In this document: one piece after another, positions 34,123 through 39,370 of the stretch
How positions within the stretch are numbered: position 1 is the stretch's first letter
How the letters are laid out: each line of letters begins with the position of its first letter
Source: a virus
Lineage: Duplodnaviria > Caudoviricetes
Virus record (IMG/VR): IMGVR_UViG_3300027994_000011
Span: 1 to 39,370 of that record
DNA: 39,370 nucleotides
Reading direction: 5' to 3' (one strand)
Notes under the pieces: generated by a model
Told to the model about the DNA's origin: nothing
Seen by the model: only the letters and a program-made list of their open reading frames with translations
The model's database searches: none
Translations under genes and position numbers: made by a program

Positions 34123-34151
34123 AAACTAACAAAAAAAATCCCCTCTTGCAA
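34123..34151 (-). promoter_or_regulatory. Putative capsid promoter overlapping terminator
   Basis: TTGCAA-17nt-TAGTTT with extended TG. Confidence 0.5.
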
Positions 34152-34156
34152 GGGGA
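34131..34156 (-). terminator. Intrinsic terminator after scaffold gene
   Basis: TCCCCT-TGCAAG-AGGGGA-TTTTTTTT. Confidence 0.8.
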
Positions 34157-34166
34157 AGTTTAATTC

Positions 34167-35054
34167 TTACCGGAAACCCATTAGGCTTGCAGCCTCTTCG
34201 TCCTCTTCCATCTCGGCGATGGACATGGTTTCTAAATCCTTGATTGATGTTCCTGTCTTGCCTGAAGCACCTGACAAACCATTAGCAGATTTGCGGCGGT
34301 TCTTATCCACGACCTTAAGGTCTGGCTTCTCGCCCGCTTTGGGCTTAGGAGCCTCAGGTTCTTTTGGTTTGTATTCGAATTCTGTTGTGCCTACGTGGTA
34401 TAGGTAGGCGGCAGGATCAATACCAGCATTCACGGCCTTACTCGCCATTAAAAGCACTCTCTGGTCAACTGCCTTGGTGAGATCAGCTGAGGAAATTCCG
34501 GGATTATCTGCGCGAATTACTTTGGCTAGAGTCTTCTCGACATGAACGGCTACATCCTGAAAGTCGGGTTTTGTAGCGGCAAAGCGCTGGATATAACCAC
34601 CCAATTCTTGTGTTGCGGCAGTAAGTTGGTTTTGCGACTGCTTCTCACGCTCTTGGGATTGTCTCCATGCGTCAAGATCAGCGGTTTTTCTTTCAAGCTC
34701 GGCGGTTTTGAATGCCACATAGCCAACAGGATCTTCATTTGGATCAGGTGCAATTGCTTTAGGTTCTGGTTTCGGGGCCATGAGTTCGGCAATCTTCGCA
34801 TCCTTCTCCGCTTCTCTGCGCTTAGCATCACGCAGCTGAAAAGCTGTTTCGGGGTCAATAGACGGCTTTACAGGCTCGGGCTTTGGTTCTTCTTTGACAG
34901 GTTCTTCCTTAACCTCAGGCTTTTCTTCCTCCTCGGTTTCTTCTTCCGTCTCATCTACAATTTCTTCTTCATCTTGATCCGGCTTATCAGCGGCCTCTTC
35001 AAGCTTCTTGGTATCTTCGATAATCTGTTCGTCAAGTGTTAGTGTTTTAGCCAT
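34167..35054 (-). CDS. Capsid scaffolding protein
   Basis: Acidic N-terminus, DP.EDP motif, coiled coil; between portal and MCP. Confidence 0.85.
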   Translation of the reverse strand: MAKTLTLDEQIIEDTKKLEEAADKPDQDEEEIVDETEEETEEEEKPEVKEEPVKEEPKPEPVKPSIDPETAFQLRDAKRREAEKDAKIAELMAPKPEPKAIAPDPNEDPVGYVAFKTAELERKTADLDAWRQSQEREKQSQNQLTAATQELGGYIQRFAATKPDFQDVAVHVEKTLAKVIRADNPGISSADLTKAVDQRVLLMASKAVNAGIDPAAYLYHVGTTEFEYKPKEPEAPKPKAGEKPDLKVVDKNRRKSANGLSGASGKTGTSIKDLETMSIAEMEEDEEAASLMGFR

Positions 35055-35071
35055 AATTGCTCCTTATGGGT

Positions 35072-37153
35072 TTAGATTGAAACGCTTGCTTTAACATCAG
35101 GCGTGCTGGATATAATAGCATTCTCTAATGTTTTCTGGTCGATGTCGGTTGCGGTCTCGGCTGTCTGTGCCGCTTTGTATTGTGTATTGGCTTGAGCTTC
35201 TGTAGCTTTCGCTAATGTGTACTTAGTTGTGGCTTGTATATTAGCAGCCTGTAGCTTGGCTTGTTCGCTTGTGAGCGCAGCAATCTGCTGTTTAAGCTGT
35301 TCGATAACAGGGTCTTGTTGCGGAACAAGAACATCTGACAGTTCTCGTTTGTCTTCATCATCAAGCGGCATGTATTTAATAGCTTTGAGGTAGAATTGCT
35401 TGCCGGTCGGGTCTTGAATAGCAAGTAGTTTATCGCCCATTGTTGTGAGGATTTGAGCCTGTTCGGTCTTCTCTTCATCGCTTTGAGGCGCTTCTTCAAT
35501 CTTAACATCATACTCAGCCGCGAATGGATCTTGGCTAATTTGCATGAACTCTTCTGATCCCTTGTCACCAAGGATACGAATGGTACCGCCTACGTTGTTC
35601 TCGGCATAAATGGCAAGAAAGTCTAGCAATAACCGCGCCTGTTCCTCTTGATACGCCTCACGTGCATCGAAATACGGTGCCAGTGTAGATGTGACTTGCT
35701 TAACCAACTGTCTATGGAGCTGAGCGGTCATATTACCCGACCCGCTTTGCTGCATGATAAAGTTCTTATCTACACCTGACGAATCACTAACGGCATTGTC
35801 TGCCATTGCGATGACTTGGTCATAACCTTGAGGAGAGAACGGAGTCGATTTCTCTTTGATCTTGGCAAGGCCGCCAGCATTCAATTTAATAACCGCATTA
35901 GTTCGAGCGATATTATTCTCGAACGACCTGACATCATCGGTTGCGTCATCCTCGATAAACCAACCACCTTTAGAATTCTTGGCAATCAGGAACATCAACT
36001 CTGTGAGTCCTTTATTATAATACTTGGTCGGTTCCATCATGGCGTTAACCATGCCTACCCAAATCTTGCGGGTGTTATTCCATATACCTGTCTTAAACTT
36101 AACGCTGAATCCTTGCTGACAGGCGGAACGATAGGACGTGAATACCTTGTTCTTGGACAATACGGCTGTATAAAATACCTTACGATTATATGGGAAGCAC
36201 TCGATTAAATCCTCAAACGCTTCTTCTAAACGCTTCTTGGTTTCCTCATCAAACACAAGGTCTTCAGCCGTTGCCTCAAATCTGAACATAGAATCTTCTT
36301 GCTCGGCAAGGGCTTCAATCTCATCCATCTTGAGCATGGCGGCTTGAATGGCTAAAGGATTAGTTAACGCATAAACGGGGTTCTTGGCGCGGTAGAATTT
36401 CTCAGTCTCTGACCATTGGTAGAAGTAAACCCAGACGGTTTTATTAGTCTTACTGTCCCATTCCACATCAGGCATAAGACGTGAGCGGTCGTAGGGCTGT
36501 CCTAGTGTCGGGTCGTACTGATATCCTGTTTCATTATCGATATAACATCCCTCATCATAGTCCTCTTCGTCTTTGTCATCGAACAATACCTTGGCATCAT
36601 CCCATGGGAATGAACGGCGATAATAAACCCAGCGCGAATCAAGGATGTTCTTCTTCCTTGCCATTGGATCCCAACGGACATCATTGGTAATGTCATCCAT
36701 GATGATCTCGCCATTAGGGTCAGTGGTCGAGTACCCCATGCCGTAGGTCATGGCAGTTTCAGTAGCAGCATAACCTTTGATGATTAATTGTGTGTCACCC
36801 TGTGACTCGACCTGCTCCGCTCTTGTGTTGCGGCGCACATAATCCTTGAGTGAGTTGGCCTGACGCGCATAATCATTGCGCTGTGCAGGATCTTGAATGA
36901 GCGGGTAGTATTTGACCTCGCGTCTGGTCTGGATCATGAAGCCGGAGACTGCGTTAATGTATGGCTGAACCTTATTGAATTGAACGCCACGAATACGATT
37001 GCGCTCGATTAGAACATCGCTCGTGTATTCCATCATATCTCCGTCATAGAACGCATCACACTTGACGGAGTTATCTAACTGCTGACGTAACCCGCGCTCT
37101 GATATGCCTTTGCGCTTTTTAAACTCTTCAATGATTTTCTGATCGGATTTCAC
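35072..37153 (-). CDS. Portal protein (P22-like, with C-terminal barrel)
   Basis: 693 aa after TerL; FYDG, FNKVQPYINAVSG, WDP.A, SGV, EYDV.IEEAP motifs. Confidence 0.92.
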   Translation of the reverse strand: MKSDQKIIEEFKKRKGISERGLRQQLDNSVKCDAFYDGDMMEYTSDVLIERNRIRGVQFNKVQPYINAVSGFMIQTRREVKYYPLIQDPAQRNDYARQANSLKDYVRRNTRAEQVESQGDTQLIIKGYAATETAMTYGMGYSTTDPNGEIIMDDITNDVRWDPMARKKNILDSRWVYYRRSFPWDDAKVLFDDKDEEDYDEGCYIDNETGYQYDPTLGQPYDRSRLMPDVEWDSKTNKTVWVYFYQWSETEKFYRAKNPVYALTNPLAIQAAMLKMDEIEALAEQEDSMFRFEATAEDLVFDEETKKRLEEAFEDLIECFPYNRKVFYTAVLSKNKVFTSYRSACQQGFSVKFKTGIWNNTRKIWVGMVNAMMEPTKYYNKGLTELMFLIAKNSKGGWFIEDDATDDVRSFENNIARTNAVIKLNAGGLAKIKEKSTPFSPQGYDQVIAMADNAVSDSSGVDKNFIMQQSGSGNMTAQLHRQLVKQVTSTLAPYFDAREAYQEEQARLLLDFLAIYAENNVGGTIRILGDKGSEEFMQISQDPFAAEYDVKIEEAPQSDEEKTEQAQILTTMGDKLLAIQDPTGKQFYLKAIKYMPLDDEDKRELSDVLVPQQDPVIEQLKQQIAALTSEQAKLQAANIQATTKYTLAKATEAQANTQYKAAQTAETATDIDQKTLENAIISSTPDVKASVSI

Positions 37154-37308
37154 CCTGCATGCACTCCAGTAATATCAATAACCTCAATCAATGCATTCGG
37201 ATAGGTAACTGAAAGGTAGGCCATGAAGCCAGCATCGGCGTGTTCTTCTGGGGTCAGTCTTAATAGGCGCACACAGTAGGGGGCGATTGTGTCGTAGTTA
37301 CATATCAT
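37150..37308 (-). CDS. small hypothetical protein
   Basis: ATG 37308 after GAGG; stop overlaps portal GTG. Confidence 0.5.
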   Translation of the reverse strand: MICNYDTIAPYCVRLLRLTPEEHADAGFMAYLSVTYPNALIEVIDITGVHAG

Positions 37309-38830
37309 AAATAGAATCCTCGCGCTCCCTGCCAAGGTTGATGGGACTATCCTGTTTCTCTTTAGGCCAAATCAATGACAAATCAGGCTCCATTAGGCGT
37401 GCAAGCGCGTCCATCATATCATCATGTTCCGACACAGGGAAGGCTTTATATTCAAACTCTACAAACTCGGAAACCAGCTCGCGCATGGTTCCTTCATAAT
37501 CTGTATAATATAGAAACTCCGGCAAGTAAATTTGTTTATTAGCAAAATAAGGAATTAGTCGGCGTATTCTGTCGTTCTTTGAAACACTCGACCCCACTTC
37601 TTCAATCTCGAACCGGTAATTCTCTGCGCCCTGCAACGTCTTGATATACTCTATATCCGCTTGCATGGAATACTTCTCATACCGCACTTGCTTTGGTTTA
37701 TACTTACGGTGCCATCTCATAACCAGTTCGGCACGTTGCTGCAAGTTCAGCCTGTCGCGAACCATGTCCAGTACATAAATATTCTTATCAGACCCAAGAC
37801 CCACAGCCCAAGCCGCCGTGTAATCATTACCTTTCTTCTTGCCGCTTGCCGGATCGAACAGGAGATAGACATTCAATCCTGTAGGTTCACGCCTTGGTGC
37901 ATACCGCAGCCATTCAGTGAGGAAGCCCTGCGTTTCATCGGCTTTAGGATTCTGAAGCATCTGCGTTGCGAATGTATATGGCCCCATATCCCGGCGCTTA
38001 TTGTTCAAGCTCTCCTGACTAAGCATCACCGCTTTCCCCTCCACGGTGCCGTCATCCGTTGCCGGGTAAATGCGCGGTATAGCAGTCTTGCGCTTCATGA
38101 TTGTGTTGTAGCTATCGTTAAAATGATAGCGCGTGCCAATGAATCGACGCTTTGTGTGTTCGGTTCCCAAGTTATAGGAGAGTTCCAGTGCTTCCGTTGT
38201 ATTGGCAATCATCTCAGGCGTGTTGACAGAGGCCCTTGTGACAACGTCATCATAAATCAATACGTCAAAATGCTTTCCAATCGGTTGACCATCGACAACA
38301 CCCCACGCCTCGACTGTTGCCTCCTTGGGGTTTCCTTCTCGCTTAACGATGATACCATCATCCTCTGACCACTTAAGAGACTGAGCTGATGGGTTTTCAT
38401 ATAGAATGTCATCAAAGGTTTCTTTCAAAACCTCATTGTTCTCAAGCTCCCGCTTAATCTGGCGCATAAATGATTTAGCGATAGGTCGAGTGTGGGAAAA
38501 TATTCCAAAAGTTAACTCACGCTCGGTAATCCTACCCTCTCCGTGTGAACAGAGAATGTCCTGAATGGTCTTGCCATATGTTATGATTGTACTCTTGCGG
38601 TGATCCCGTGCCCAAAGGTCTAGGTGATCGTCTGGGTCCGCCTGAACTTCCCTGCACCTGTCAAACAACCACGGATGATCGAAGTCCTTACGATTGAATA
38701 CATACCTGATTAGGAAATAGAGGTCAGTGCGACACAGGCTTCTTAGATACGATTTCTTTTGCTGTTCCGAGCATTCCGCCAAGCCAGCTATCAATTGAGG
38801 GTATTGATGTTGTAATAATTGCACCGCCAT
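37298..38830 (-). CDS. terL: Terminase large subunit
   Basis: ARDHRKS Walker A variant, GKHFDVLIYDD Walker B, IGTRYH, nuclease FDPA...DYTA...HDDMMDAL. Confidence 0.95.
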   Translation of the reverse strand: MAVQLLQHQYPQLIAGLAECSEQQKKSYLRSLCRTDLYFLIRYVFNRKDFDHPWLFDRCREVQADPDDHLDLWARDHRKSTIITYGKTIQDILCSHGEGRITERELTFGIFSHTRPIAKSFMRQIKRELENNEVLKETFDDILYENPSAQSLKWSEDDGIIVKREGNPKEATVEAWGVVDGQPIGKHFDVLIYDDVVTRASVNTPEMIANTTEALELSYNLGTEHTKRRFIGTRYHFNDSYNTIMKRKTAIPRIYPATDDGTVEGKAVMLSQESLNNKRRDMGPYTFATQMLQNPKADETQGFLTEWLRYAPRREPTGLNVYLLFDPASGKKKGNDYTAAWAVGLGSDKNIYVLDMVRDRLNLQQRAELVMRWHRKYKPKQVRYEKYSMQADIEYIKTLQGAENYRFEIEEVGSSVSKNDRIRRLIPYFANKQIYLPEFLYYTDYEGTMRELVSEFVEFEYKAFPVSEHDDMMDALARLMEPDLSLIWPKEKQDSPINLGREREDSIYDM

Positions 38831-39047
38831 CAGCACCTGTATGCTCTATTTGTTCTTTGGGCTTGCCCCAAGCTCTATCTAATATACTGTTAGCCGATTT
38901 TACTCTAATGTTTTCGTCCGGGCTTTTAAGAGATTGAGACAAAACAAGAATAGCTTCTTCAGCGTGTTTTCTAGCTTCTAAAACACCGCTATTTAGCTTA
39001 CTTGACTTTCCTCCCGGATTGCCTGAACTGCCCTTTACGAAAACCAT
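38724..39047 (-). CDS. terS: Terminase small subunit
   Basis: FVKGSSGNPGG, ILDRAWGKPK, EHTGADGGAI motifs; upstream of TerL. Confidence 0.88.
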   Translation of the reverse strand: MVFVKGSSGNPGGKSSKLNSGVLEARKHAEEAILVLSQSLKSPDENIRVKSANSILDRAWGKPKEQIEHTGADGGAIITTSIPSIDSWLGGMLGTAKEIVSKKPVSH

Positions 39048-39086
39048 TGCAATGAATGTTAACCTATTGATTTGTTATAATCAACA

Positions 39087-39370
39087 CTATTCGTACTGCG
39101 TCATAACATTTAAGCGATTACGAAAAACATTATCCGATAAACCTAAGTTACCTGACTCTACCTGTCTGCCGTATGTGATGGTGAAATAGTTGTCCCTTAC
39201 TTCAAATCCTACTTCCGGGAACTCATTGGCAATCTTCTCTAGACGAGCTTTATCGTATGTATTGGTTTTCACTGGTTCTGGCTCTTCCATAGGGATAAAG
39301 TTGGTATGGTCTACGAATTCTTGAACCTCTTCCTCAAGCTTATTCTCAGATAGTCCGTTCCACTGCCCGG
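39087..39370 (-). CDS. 3' part of the junction-spanning 178-aa protein (starts at 253)
   Basis: Open frame from 39370 into MEEPEP...; in frame with 253..1. Confidence 0.8.
   Translation of the reverse strand, partial: GQWNGLSENKLEEEVQEFVDHTNFIPMEEPEPVKTNTYDKARLEKIANEFPEVGFEVRDNYFTITYGRQVESGNLGLSDNVFRNRLNVMTQYE

Larger units (their letters stand above)
1..39370. mobile_element. Complete circularly permuted podovirus-type phage genome, probable alphaproteobacterial host
   Basis: Full packaging, head, short-tail, lysis and early modules; no tape-measure or host housekeeping genes; an ORF continues in frame across the window ends. Confidence 0.93.

Noticed and set aside
18972-38368. Numerous plus-strand ORFs (e.g. 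18972-19430, 29280-29687, 34542-35042, 37661-38368)
   Set aside because: Antisense shadows of well-supported minus-strand structural genes, with no recognisable motifs

Overview
The window appears to be a complete, circularly permuted ~39.4 kb genome of a short-tailed (podovirus-type) phage; an ORF reads in frame across the 1/39370 junction. A GcrA homologue, a near-consensus CtrA box and an AANDN peptide point to an alphaproteobacterial host. About 14.9-39.4 kb (minus strand) is the late operon: TerS, TerL, portal, scaffold, major capsid, adaptor, nozzle, three ejection proteins, tail fibre/adhesin and lysis genes. About 0.5-14.5 kb holds early blocks driven from two divergent promoter pairs, with a Cro-like HTH, an Arc-like RHH, a replication-initiator-like protein, SSAP, SSB, HNH, NinB, RusA, a P22 gp17-like gene and many small ORFs. 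I recognised no integrase, CI-type repressor, helicase, primase or polymerase. The most unusual signals are non-coding. (1) A ~560-nt structured minus-strand RNA at 4020-4590 has its own promoter, a short counter-transcribed antisense RNA over its 5' end, and an adjacent kissing-loop leader; it lies near an initiator-like gene with no evident DNA-binding domain. (2) A periodic array of structured RNA modules at 14489-14891 includes a permuted tRNA-like element. (3) The capsid mRNA leader carries tandem pseudoknots. All family calls come from motif recognition by eye and all RNA folds from manual pairing; no searches or folding software were run.
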